In this document: piece by piece, positions 1 to 10,048 of the stretch | Numbering within the stretch: the stretch's first letter is position 1 | How the letters are laid out: every line of letters begins with the position of its first letter | NCBI GenBank assembly: GCA_002245135.1 | Contig: NGBS01000314.1 | Location: 120,137-140,136, forward strand | Direction of reading: 5' to 3' | DNA: 20,000 nucleotides | Origin: Proteromonas lacertae | Lineage: Eukaryota | Notes under the pieces: model-generated | What the model saw: only the letters and a program-made list of their open reading frames with translations | Databases searched by the model: none | Told to the model about the DNA's origin: nothing | Program-made: the position numbers and the translations under genes

Positions 1-310
1 CCCCGTATGGCAGAAATCTATATTGCAGAATGATTCAATCAAAACTAATATGATATTCATGATGTTAGGAGTTAGTTATTAACAAATATATAGTTAGTTT
101 GTCATGTGACCTACATCTGTGATATACTTATTTATGAACTTCATTATTATCAATATTAAACTAATTTTTATATATTTTCTATTTTAATTTATCAGTCACT
201 ACTAATGTTTAGATACTGAAAAAAGAAAAAAGAAAAAATAAGTTCAAGCCTCACTCAAGCCTGTTCTTTAATTTCCTTTTTTAAATAAGCTGCTGTTTAA
301 GTTATTGTAA
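1..310 (+). mobile_element. Left part of a TGT...ACA inverted-repeat element (direct repeat of 10056-10414), cut by the window edge
   Basis: 1-170 is nearly identical to the stretch starting at 10056, and 219-310 matches about 10325-10414 including TCAAGCCtcacTCAAGCC at 244-261. The 10 kb copy has about 50 extra bp between these blocks. By alignment, the TGTTGTT terminus would lie in the 7 bp just before position 1. Confidence 0.85.
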
Positions 311-408
311 GAATAAAAAAACCCTTAATAATAGATTCTATTTATTTTTTATTACCACCACAAATACAACAATTTCTTATATACTCTTCCATTTTTCTTT
401 AATAAATA

Positions 409-2132
409 ATGAAATATTATATTGATATACAAATATTAAGAGGTTTTTCAATATTATTTATAATTTTATTTCATTTTAATATTATTAAAAGCGGTTATAA
501 AGGAGTAGATGTTTTTATATTAATATCAGGATTTTTAGTATACAATCAATACGAGAAAAACAAATCAATTCTACTATTTTTAGTATATAGGATACAAAGA
601 ATAATGATACTATCATATTTTGTTCAGTTTTCCATACTAAAATTCTATTCAGTATATGATAAATATAATATATCAAATGTAATTGATGAATATAATAATG
701 CTTTGCTATTTGTTTCAAATATTTATTATTATTACATAGGTAATGATTATTTTTTGTCTAATACTAAGAAAGTGTTGTTACATTATTGGTATATATCAAT
801 GGATCTTCACTTATATTTTATTTATCCATTAATTCATAAAGCAAAAATGATTTTCATATTCATATTTTATTTAATATTCTTGATAATTCATATAAAAGAT
901 AATAGTTTTTCATATTATTTTGCAATAGCTAGGTTGTATGAATATTTGATAGGAAATACATCATTTATATATAGAAGAATAAATAATAAGTACATAAAAT
1001 ATGTTTCTATTATTTTAATTCTCTATTCACTTTCCTTTACATTAAGTAATTACTATATAAGTAATATAATAATTCTATTATTTACTTATTTATATTTAGT
1101 AAATGAATCACAAAGTATAAGTATATATATTATTGAAAAAATTGGAAATGTATCATATATCTTGTATCTTATTCATTATCCATTATCAATTAAAAATAAT
1201 TCAATCATGTTGCTAATTTTATTAATGCCCATATATGTTATTCTTAAATATATAGAAAGCTCTATTACTATACATTTAAAAGAATTCAATATAGTATATT
1301 CATTAGCATTTGTTCTATTCTATTATTTTATCTGTAGAATTGTGTCATATAAAATATCTAAGAGTAAAACAGAATTTAAAGATAATATACCTAAACAAAC
1401 ATTTATAAATAATTGTTGTGATAATTTTGAATATAGCAGAAATGATATATTAATTATTGGTGATTCTCATTCATATAGATTCCTTGTAAATGTGTTACTT
1501 ATAATATGTGGAAATGAAATTAAGATATACTATAAATTTGTCCATTCAAACTGGATTATACATAATTCTATAAAATATATTAATGATATTTATAACAAAT
1601 TTTATTGATAATTTCCATGAATATGATATCTTGTAGATTGAATTATAAACTACCTATTTTAATTGATGAATATACCAAATATGTTTTATTCTTAAAATCA
1701 AAATGTAAATATTTAATAGTATATAAACCTACACCAACTTTCAATAAGTCAATAGATTGTTTAACACAAATCAAAAATAGAATAGCTATAATAAACTATA
1801 ATATCACTTATATACCTTTTAATCTGAATATCACATATAATAAATATTTCATTCTCAAAGATCTATCAAAATATTATTGTAACAATAGAATATGCAACCT
1901 TACATATAATAGTAGATGTATTTACGATGATTACAATCATTTAAATTCATTATTTTATCGTAGTATATTTAATATTGTAAAGATTGATATACTAAAATAC
2001 ATTCCACATGTTAAACAAAAAGACATGAAATGCAAAAGTTTTATTGTATATAATAATATAATCCCTTACAATTGGGTTTTTTTAAGGAGCTTCTGTATTA
2101 AATCATATTATAGTAAATCTGATTTACAATAG
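409..2132 (+). CDS. Acyltransferase-3 + SGNH O-acetyltransferase (OafA/OatA-like), split by one frameshift near 1600-1604
   Basis: Motifs IQILRG...FH, GVDVFILISGF, RIQRI, LLHYWY, IGNVSYILYLIHYP and GDSH are in ORF 409-1608. The SGNH DxxH motif (DYNHL) is in overlapping ORF 1605-2132. Adding one T to the T4 run at 1600-1603 fuses them (KFLLIISM, compare KFDLVIIG in the paralog). Intronless. Confidence 0.85.
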
Positions 2133-2530
2133 TATTTAAAACATTTACAAGGAATGCAATTCGATAGTCAATTAACAGGTAAATGAATTGAAAAGCAACT
2201 TAATAGGGTTTAATCTTTCTATCATATTACATTTAATTCTATCGGCATATTCTTTCTACTGTTATAAATGCTAAAAACAGTGATAGTGACATTATAGAAC
2301 CATGGTGTGATTATGCAAGTGATCCTCTGATGTAGAGAATGAGATTGCCCATTTCCTAGATACTATTATTAACATTATTAGATTGAAGTATGAATTAGCT
2401 GTTAGAAATTAATAATGTGGAAGCAATAAGTTAAAGAGATGATGAGTAAAACTCAGTTTTAAAGAAAGCAATTGAAAACAACTAATAACTACAATGAAAT
2501 TATTACAATTAAAATTGTATTACATATGTA

Positions 2531-4339
2531 ATGTTTTTTAATGTTATAGAATCTGTCAAAGGTTTTTCATGTTTATTAATTGTCTTGTATCATATATCAC
2601 CAAAATTAATACCTAACGGATTTTTAGGAGTAGATCAATTTTTTATATTATCTGGATTTCTTATTGTTAACTCTATTCAAAATAGTAAATACAAATCCTT
2701 TAAATTTAATGACTTTATTAATAAAAGAATACAGAGAATTATACCATTAAAATGTGTTGTATTATATTATGTTTTATATGTGAATAGACATTATCTAAAA
2801 GAGACAATATTTGATTTGGAGTATGATTCTATTACATCATTGTTATTCTATTTCAACTATAAGTTAATTAATGATAATAATGATTATTTTTCTAAAACTA
2901 CTACTAATTTAATTCTTAATTTTTGGTCTTTATCAGTAGAAGAACAATATTATATATTAATAGCAATAATATCAATAATTGCTTCAAAATTGAATAATAT
3001 AACATCTATAATTATTCATATAACCATAATATGTTTATCTTATATATCTTTTTATCACTACTATACAGAATATTATGTTATATCATTCTACAGCGTTATA
3101 TCTAGAATGTGGGAATTTAGTTGCGGTTCATGCGCTTACTATTATAATAATTATTATTCAAATCGATATCTTATGTATTTATTTGTTATTATTCAAGTCA
3201 TGTTAATGTTTTCAAGCAAAATTGGTGTTATTTGTCATGTATATATAAATGCTATAACAGTGTATCAAATCAATTACTCAAAATATAATAATGATATATT
3301 TTTCTCCAACTATATCATCAGATTTATAGGTAGATTATCCTATTCTATTTATCTATTTCATTATTCGAATGTAATGCTGTTTAACTACAAAAAGGGAATA
3401 ATTGTGACAATATTAGGATCAATTATTTTATATTATATAATTGAACAGCCATTTAGAAAATATATATCAGGTTTAGTTATTATTGTATTTTATATAGTAT
3501 ATATTTTTATCTTTTACAGAATGTATGTTAAAGATTATAAATATACTGCAGTAAGGAAAACTGATTATTATTTTATAAAAGATATGTGCTCATATGATAT
3601 AGTAGACTATATAATTAAATCAAGAATTAATATATTGTTATTAGGTGATTCACACGTTTTACACTTCATTAGAGCATTTTATAATAATAAATGTGATGTT
3701 GTATTATATTATTCATATATATATGATGCTGACATGTATAAAAGCAAATATCGCACAATAAACTATTTATTAAAATATAAATTTGATTTAGTAATAATAG
3801 GATTTTTTGAACAATTATATAGAAATGAATCATATAAATATAAAATATATTTATTAATAGAATACATCAAGAATATTACTAAGAATGTATTAGTTATATC
3901 AGATAATCCATTAATAAAAGTTGACCCCAATAATTGTCTCTTATCAAAGAAATGTAGTTATGGTATTATTAATATAAATTGTAGTATTATTCCACCTCAT
4001 AATCTATCCAATTATAAATTCTCAATTAACCTAAATGTTTATGATTATAATACAAATAAATACACCGTACAAGGAAATAAATGTGTATTCTTTGCAAAAG
4101 GAATTCCTATATATAGGGATCAACATCATTTTAGTGGTTTTTTTGTAGAAACCATTTTAGCAAATGAAATACATAATTTGTTAAACCTAATATTAGAAAG
4201 AACTATATACAAAGATGTATCTGTTTCTCATATAAAGTTTCATTGTTTGGAAAATGATCATAATATATATAAAAAAATTTGTTATAGAAATAATTATAAA
4301 ATACAGAATATACATATAACAAATATAAAACATAAATGA
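2531..4339 (+). CDS. Acyltransferase-3 + SGNH O-acetyltransferase (OafA/OatA-like), 602 aa
   Basis: Motifs K-x10-H, GFLGVDQFFILSGFLI, KRIQRIIP, FWSLSVEEQYY, SRMWEF, GRLSYSIYLFHY, IEQPFR, LLGDSH and YRDQHH. Multiple hydrophobic helices. Intronless. Confidence 0.93.
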   Translation: MFFNVIESVKGFSCLLIVLYHISPKLIPNGFLGVDQFFILSGFLIVNSIQNSKYKSFKFNDFINKRIQRIIPLKCVVLYYVLYVNRHYLKETIFDLEYDSITSLLFYFNYKLINDNNDYFSKTTTNLILNFWSLSVEEQYYILIAIISIIASKLNNITSIIIHITIICLSYISFYHYYTEYYVISFYSVISRMWEFSCGSCAYYYNNYYSNRYLMYLFVIIQVMLMFSSKIGVICHVYINAITVYQINYSKYNNDIFFSNYIIRFIGRLSYSIYLFHYSNVMLFNYKKGIIVTILGSIILYYIIEQPFRKYISGLVIIVFYIVYIFIFYRMYVKDYKYTAVRKTDYYFIKDMCSYDIVDYIIKSRINILLLGDSHVLHFIRAFYNNKCDVVLYYSYIYDADMYKSKYRTINYLLKYKFDLVIIGFFEQLYRNESYKYKIYLLIEYIKNITKNVLVISDNPLIKVDPNNCLLSKKCSYGIININCSIIPPHNLSNYKFSINLNVYDYNTNKYTVQGNKCVFFAKGIPIYRDQHHFSGFFVETILANEIHNLLNLILERTIYKDVSVSHIKFHCLENDHNIYKKICYRNNYKIQNIHITNIKHK

Positions 4340-4340
4340 T

Positions 4341-4395
4341 TTCTCACAGTATTTTATAATTATTTTCTCACAGTATTTATATTCTCACAGTATTT
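4341..4395. repeat. Three copies of TTCTCACAGTATTT
   Basis: Copies at 4341-4354, 4365-4378 and 4382-4395, immediately after the stop codon at 4339. Confidence 0.9.
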
Positions 4396-4471
4396 ATGAT
4401 TCATAAGATTAATCTCATTTATTTGGTAGTACTGTTGTTGGTAATACATCTGAATTATTAACATCTATTAA

Positions 4472-4849
4472 TCAATTATCAACATCCAATGTTTTACTCC
4501 AGTTCAATAGTTTTACTTCATCATCTTTAGATTCTTCTACTGCTTCTATTGTGGAATTATCAATTACATCTTTATGATAATCTGTTGATTTCCATTTTAA
4601 TTTTCTAAGTGAATAAAGTAAATCATAATGTCTATCATATAATTTTAATAAACTATCCATCATTTTAAATTTAAAAGAGAAGTAAGAAACTGTATTTGCA
4701 TATGAGATATAGTTGTCAAATGGATCTAAACTAATATCTATATCATTGTGAATAAAAAGATCAGAAAATTGATGAAACATAATTAAAAACGGATTGGATA
4801 GTTGATATGTTACAAATTTTCCTCTTATATCAAATGAACAGAATCTCAA
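4472..4849 (-). CDS. Hypothetical ORF or gene fragment
   Basis: 125-codon open frame in very AT-rich DNA with a non-ATG start. IDNSTIEAVEES resembles IDSTMEAVEQS encoded at about 7358-7392. Confidence 0.35.
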   Translation of the reverse strand: MRFCSFDIRGKFVTYQLSNPFLIMFHQFSDLFIHNDIDISLDPFDNYISYANTVSYFSFKFKMMDSLLKLYDRHYDLLYSLRKLKWKSTDYHKDVIDNSTIEAVEESKDDEVKLLNWSKTLDVDN

Positions 4850-4930
4850 TTGATAAACTACTTTCCATGGATTGCAATATTGTAAATTATATAACAGAGA
4901 TCGTCAGTATTGGCCTTAATTGTATCGACG

Positions 4931-6109
4931 TTACTTGTTGAGACCATGGACTTGCTTATAGCACTTATCGATCTTGTTGGATATATCACTAGTGCAGAAG
5001 GACTTTGCCTTGGTATTGGTTTCATCGATAGTAGCTATCCTTTCTCCATTGAGGTTCTGAATATCGCCTTCAATGTTATTCATCTGGTTCTTGAAGTCCT
5101 TGTTGTATCCATTGGTGATCTCAATCTCTTGAAGTAGCTCCTTGAACTTAATCATGTTGTTGTTGATTACGGTGTTGATTGTCTTGTAATCTTTGTAGTT
5201 GACTCTCATCTTATCAAGGACTCCGAGAGTTCCAATTAGTTGATTCTCTAGGTCGGTAAGTTTCACTAGACTCTTATCATCGACAGTGGTAATGTACTTG
5301 AGCATGTCGTACATGTTGATCTCATCGATGTTGAGACTCCCGGCTATAGACGATAGCAAGGAGCTCAACTTAGCTAACTTCTCATCCGTGGATGCTTTCA
5401 ATTGACTAACACTTTCATCGGTGGTATCAATGGAGCCTTTGACTTCTTCAATACTCTTACTCATTACTGGGACTTGTTCTTCCAGGTACTGCTTTTACTG
5501 ATTGCTAGTTCCCGAGATGCTCTTCAAGGATGATGTTACCGACTCTCCAAAGTCTTCTGGCATCTTACTATCGATAGACTTACTCAGCTCCTTGACTTCC
5601 TTCAGATCTCTATCCATCTCTTCCATGTTATCAACTTTACTTTGCACCTCCTTGAGTGTTGTCTGGATGCTTATACATGCTGGTTGCACCTTGTCTTCCA
5701 AGTAGTCCTGGATGTGCTGATGGTCTTGCTCTAGCTTAGGGATCTTCTTACTGACTTCTTCAGAGTGCTCATCCAGCTTTCTCTTGATTGATTCTATCGA
5801 TGATGTTACTTCCTCCTGCTGAGTATCGTTGATACTTACTGGAGTACCTCTAATCACATCTTGAATGCAACTTACTAAGAGTGGATCAAACTTCTCATAG
5901 TCAACACTTACCTTGAGATCTCCAGAGGTCAAAGCCTTTTGAACTTGCTCCTTGGTATCCTGGAAGACTACGTCCTTATCGTACCTTACGATTACTCGGG
6001 AGTCTACCTTTTGCTTAGTGTCGGTCGTGTTCTTATCGATCATATTCAACAACCTTAGTATCTCCACCTCGTTCTCACATAAGCTATTATTGAACATCGC
6101 CCCCAGCAA
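4931..6109 (-). pseudogene. Long coiled-coil protein interrupted by a single in-frame TAA at 5495-5497
   Basis: ORFs 5495-6109 and 4931-5464 are in the same frame (SNQ*KQYLEEQVPVMSK). There is an internal repeat (HIQDYLEDKV versus Q*KQYLEEQV) and heptad-like K/E/D/S/L/I composition. Confidence 0.6.
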
Positions 6110-6151
6110 ACAAGATATTGGGTTAGAATGTATTGAGTGAGATCGTTTAAC

Positions 6152-6849
6152 TTAATTACGAGATGTCGGAGGCTGAGCTGATGGTTGGGTCGGGATCGTC
6201 CATTGATCGATAGACATAGAAGCTCTTGAATCTGATAAGTGCTTCTTCTTACGGGGTGGTTCATCATCGTCATTGCTATCCTCGGAGTTGCGCTGTTGCT
6301 TTCGTAAGCGTCTTTGATTATACCATGAAGTATAGTTCCTACACCTAGAGCAGTTCACGTAGTACTTACCCTTCTGATTCTTGAGCAACTCTTCCTTGGG
6401 GTGCATATAATAACACTGGTTACAGACTAGCTTCTGTGATGGGTAATCACCAGTCTCTCGAATTGCTATCCCTTTAAGGGAATAGACATCACGCATCATC
6501 GAGATGAACAGTTCAATGCTCTGCCAACAGATGTCACAGATCCTTTGTCCTGATCGATCAACCTTAGTTACTTCGTCCGATAAGTAGAGTTCGTTGATCT
6601 TGCATCGATAGCACTTAACATTTTCATCCTCATTAAAGTCATCTCCTATCACTTCTCCTCTGGCATGTGATAATTGCTTAAGTTCTTTGAATCGTGATAG
6701 AAGCTCCTGAGAATGCTTTGTGTGCATCTCATGGAGGTAATTCTTTTGTTGGCTTCTACAACTAGGACATCAGATATAGTATCTCTTATCAGGCATCTCA
6801 AAGTTTCGGGCATTGAAGGACTTCTGCATTCTAAGCAAGGTAAAGTCAT
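6152..6849 (-). pseudogene. Protein with three CxxC...CxxC zinc-finger-like units, 5' part interrupted
   Basis: ORF 6152-6727 has CYRC...CDIC and CNQC...YYVNCSRCR plus a basic PPRKKK NLS-like motif. Upstream in the same frame is KRYYI*CPSCR (TGA at 6770-6772), and one frameshift further is LPCLEC. Confidence 0.65.
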
Positions 6850-7935
6850 TGATGGATCAACATCCTTGAAGGCTCCATGGACATAGATAGAATTGCCATT
6901 GTTGTTGGGGTGGTTGAGTATCGCTAACAGCTTCCTTGAATATCATCTCTGGTGGTCGCAATATCGAAGTCTCCTGTTTCTTAACTTCTATCTCGGGAAT
7001 GTTTACTTCATAAGGCATCTGTGGTAAGTCTAATTCATCATCACCATCCGATATGGTTATCTTGTCGATGGTAACGTGGTAATCTCAGAACCTTTATCTT
7101 GATTACGTAATCTCCATAGTCGGAGGGATTATCATGTTGTTGATCACCATCATCATCCTTGGACTCCTCCAAGTGATTCTCATCATTGACTTCAAAGGGA
7201 TTGGAATACTCATGTAGTTGTGATTCTAAGTTCATCTCCATGCCATTGATAAACTCTTCGGGAGGTGTCTACTCTTAGTTGGATCCTTTATAAGCTTTCT
7301 TAAAGAATCCTGGTTGGATTGATCATCATCAACTGCAATAGCCTTCTTCTTCTGGGTAGATTGCTCCACAGCTTCCATGGTTGAATCTATTGCTGGGTAC
7401 TTCAAAGTCTCCTTGAAGTACAGGTTTATAGCACTATTGCTAGCAGCCCTACATCTTCTTTAGTTCATCAGTAAAATCTGGATCTAGAAGGGGACGGACT
7501 CCTAGAACACTCGTTAGAAATCTGACATTTGTCCCACAGTCCCATTTATATACTATATACCATTCTAAGTCTAGGAGACGTTTTTCACTTCTCAATTTTC
7601 TTCTGTGCCTTATGTGTATCATTTCATAATTATTGATACTATTACTTAAAACAAAAAACAACATAAATAATGTAATTTTGAGTTTTATACAAAAGAAGCT
7701 AAGTGGTAAAAGAATATTGTAATTGGCTATACGCTGAAATGAATGATTTCTATAGAACGTATTGAAATTAGAAATACATTAATTTGTTGTAGCATTTAGA
7801 ATCATGTCGATTAAATATTGTATATCTGTTTATATTGTAGATATTAACTTTGTAACTGAAATTATAGATTTAGATGAAAAGCATATACTTATAAAACAAG
7901 TGTTACAGATTGTTGCAATTAAATGTTGCTAAATT

Positions 7936-9780
7936 TCATACTAATGATGAGTTTGATGAATAGTTATTATTTTTTATCATATGATAAATGAGTTTTCTAT
8001 ATAAAATATCATAATGAATATAACAGTAAGATATTTTAGATATTTTATTTATGGTAATATTTTTTGATAATATAACAAGTTTATATACTTTATTCTTCAT
8101 TAATTTAACATAACATTCAGTAAGATGATGATTATCAGAATAAATTTCAAATCCATTTTTATACATATTACATATTTTGTTTGAGCATATTTCTTTAGTT
8201 AAATTAATATAAAAAATATTGCTTAAATTGATTTTTGGTTGTAAGTCTGTTGTACAATTAACATCAATAATGCAAAATATATTATTTCCGTTTATATTAG
8301 AAGAATAGATAATTTTGGGATTGTACTTTAATGAAGGATTATCAACAAAAATGAATATTTTATTAGCTATGCCAGACAAATAATAATTTAAACTATTCAA
8401 ATTTTTTAAATATAAAGGACTTCTGTATTGTATGTTAGAATAAAAACCTTCAAAGACATAGAAAGGATTTCCAATCATATTAATTACACGTTTCACTACT
8501 AAATAATAATTATTAATGAAATAATGAATCCAAAATACCAAAAAGAGGACAAATAATCCAGTAGATTTATATAAAGGTAGCAAAACCACATTCCATTGTC
8601 GTAAATGTGAATCACCTACTAAAAGAATATACTTCCCATCCATTTTAATATTTTTAATTAAGTTATTATAAAAAATACATTGTGTACATATTTCATTATC
8701 ATTAGGAAATACATTTTTACATTTTACTATATTTGATTCATTTCTATTAAATAAAAAAACAGCCTTAATAACCAAATATGTAATATATATTTCAACTACT
8801 ATGCTATAAATATATACTACAATATAAGTACTATTGAGATTAGTAAAATAATTCTCAACAAATAAGTAGCAGAATATACTAACAATTAAAACTAGAATTA
8901 TAGATACATTTGGATAATATGTTAGCAGAGGATAATGAACTATATAAAATGAATAGGATAAAGAACCAAAATATTGTATTGCTTTTATTGAGAACAGTGA
9001 ACTACTTTTAAACTCTTGGAATAGCATCAAAAATGAAGTAATCAAAGGTAATAACATTTTGTGGTTAGGATATTGACCAATAGAACATTCATAACTACTA
9101 TAAATCCACATAATAATAACAAAAGCATCATATAAATACTGACATTTAATTATGTTACCATAATGAACTATATTTAGATAAGACCCAAAAATTAGTTCAC
9201 AAAATCTAACTTCGAATGAATAGTATGAGTAATTAACATCCTTGCTACAAATATATAATGAAAATGAAAATGAAATACAAAATATAATAAAAAGAGAATA
9301 CTTTATATATTCATTGAATATCAATTGAATAATAAATGGCCATATTAAATAAAACTGATTTTCAACAGATAAGGACCAATAATGTAATAATGGTGTATAA
9401 CTAAGCGAACTAGATTGCTCTAAATAATTTACTGATATGTAATAATAATAATAGTTTGCATATGAATATAAACATGACAATATTTCTTTGGATCTTTTAT
9501 ATGATATGAATGGATTTGATAAGGATGATATATATATAATTAACAATATTAAATTTGACATGGGTTGTAATCGAAGTATTCTTCCTTTAAAGAAGGATAT
9601 GTAATAATTTTCTTTTTTCATTCTTCTTATTAAACTTCCTGTTATGAAATATCCTGATAATGTGAAAAAAATATCAACTCCTATAAAACCTCCTTTGAAA
9701 TACTTATTCTTTTTATGAAAATAAAAAACAAATATCATCGCAAAAAATCTGACTGCCTGCAAATCATTCCTGTATCTCAT
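7936..9780 (-). CDS. Acyltransferase-3 + SGNH O-acetyltransferase (OafA/OatA-like), 614 aa
   Basis: Motifs YRNDLQAVR...FH, GGFIGVDIFFTLSGYFIT, RILRLQP, PLLHYWSLSVENQFYLIWP, GSLSYSFYIVHYP, LVGDSH and YSDNHHLT. Most canonical of the three copies. Intronless. Confidence 0.95.
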   Translation of the reverse strand: MRYRNDLQAVRFFAMIFVFYFHKKNKYFKGGFIGVDIFFTLSGYFITGSLIRRMKKENYYISFFKGRILRLQPMSNLILLIIYISSLSNPFISYKRSKEILSCLYSYANYYYYYISVNYLEQSSSLSYTPLLHYWSLSVENQFYLIWPFIIQLIFNEYIKYSLFIIFCISFSFSLYICSKDVNYSYYSFEVRFCELIFGSYLNIVHYGNIIKCQYLYDAFVIIMWIYSSYECSIGQYPNHKMLLPLITSFLMLFQEFKSSSLFSIKAIQYFGSLSYSFYIVHYPLLTYYPNVSIILVLIVSIFCYLFVENYFTNLNSTYIVVYIYSIVVEIYITYLVIKAVFLFNRNESNIVKCKNVFPNDNEICTQCIFYNNLIKNIKMDGKYILLVGDSHLRQWNVVLLPLYKSTGLFVLFLVFWIHYFINNYYLVVKRVINMIGNPFYVFEGFYSNIQYRSPLYLKNLNSLNYYLSGIANKIFIFVDNPSLKYNPKIIYSSNINGNNIFCIIDVNCTTDLQPKINLSNIFYINLTKEICSNKICNMYKNGFEIYSDNHHLTECYVKLMKNKVYKLVILSKNITINKISKISYCYIHYDILYRKLIYHMIKNNNYSSNSSLV

Positions 9781-10048
9781 TTGTTAATAATAGTCAAATC
9801 AAAATTCGAACCTAAATCGCTAATCTCAACTTCTGGCAGAAAGCCTGTAATTCACAATTCAATCAGCCAAAACCAGCTATGATTTATCCGATCATAATGT
9901 GTTGGAAAGATTGTTAAATAAATTACAAGTTCATAATCTTTAGTGATGAATCAATGATTAGGCTAAATGAAGTAAAAACTATGGGCTTATAAATCGCTTT
10001 ACCTAATGAATTAACACCCTTTAGTAAACAATCATAGGCAATGCTATT

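Larger units (their letters stand above)
4897..7600 (-). mobile_element. GC-richer intronless insert of probable foreign (viral or mobile) origin with interrupted ORFs; boundaries approximate
   Basis: Abrupt composition shift: a sampled line (5281-5340) is 27/60 G+C, against 10/60 at 3001-3060. Coding-like sequence runs on the minus strand throughout. No recognisable transposase, RT or integrase motif. Confidence 0.55.

Noticed and set aside
515..718. Antisense ORF of 67 aa
   Set aside because: Shadow of acyltransferase 1 with no motif.
2133..2530. Slightly GC-richer intergenic stretch, possible gene remnant
   Set aside because: Only short open frames and no recognisable motif.
4341..4395. 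CRISPR-like array or RSS-like CACAGT heptamers
   Set aside because: Repeats are 14 bp with 3-10 bp gaps, there are no cas genes or nonamer, and the context is eukaryotic.
4910..6140. Plus-strand ORFs 4910-5137, 5502-5705 and 5952-6140
   Set aside because: Hydrophobic antisense shadows of the charged coiled-coil frame.
4931..6772. Stop-codon reassignment in the insert or host
   Set aside because: Host genes here end in TAA, TAG and TGA. The interruptions mix TGA and TAA and align with different residue types.
9872..9925. SYDLSDHNVLERLLNKL, faintly like a non-LTR reverse transcriptase motif
   Set aside because: Too short, spacing is off, and no other RT motifs are nearby.
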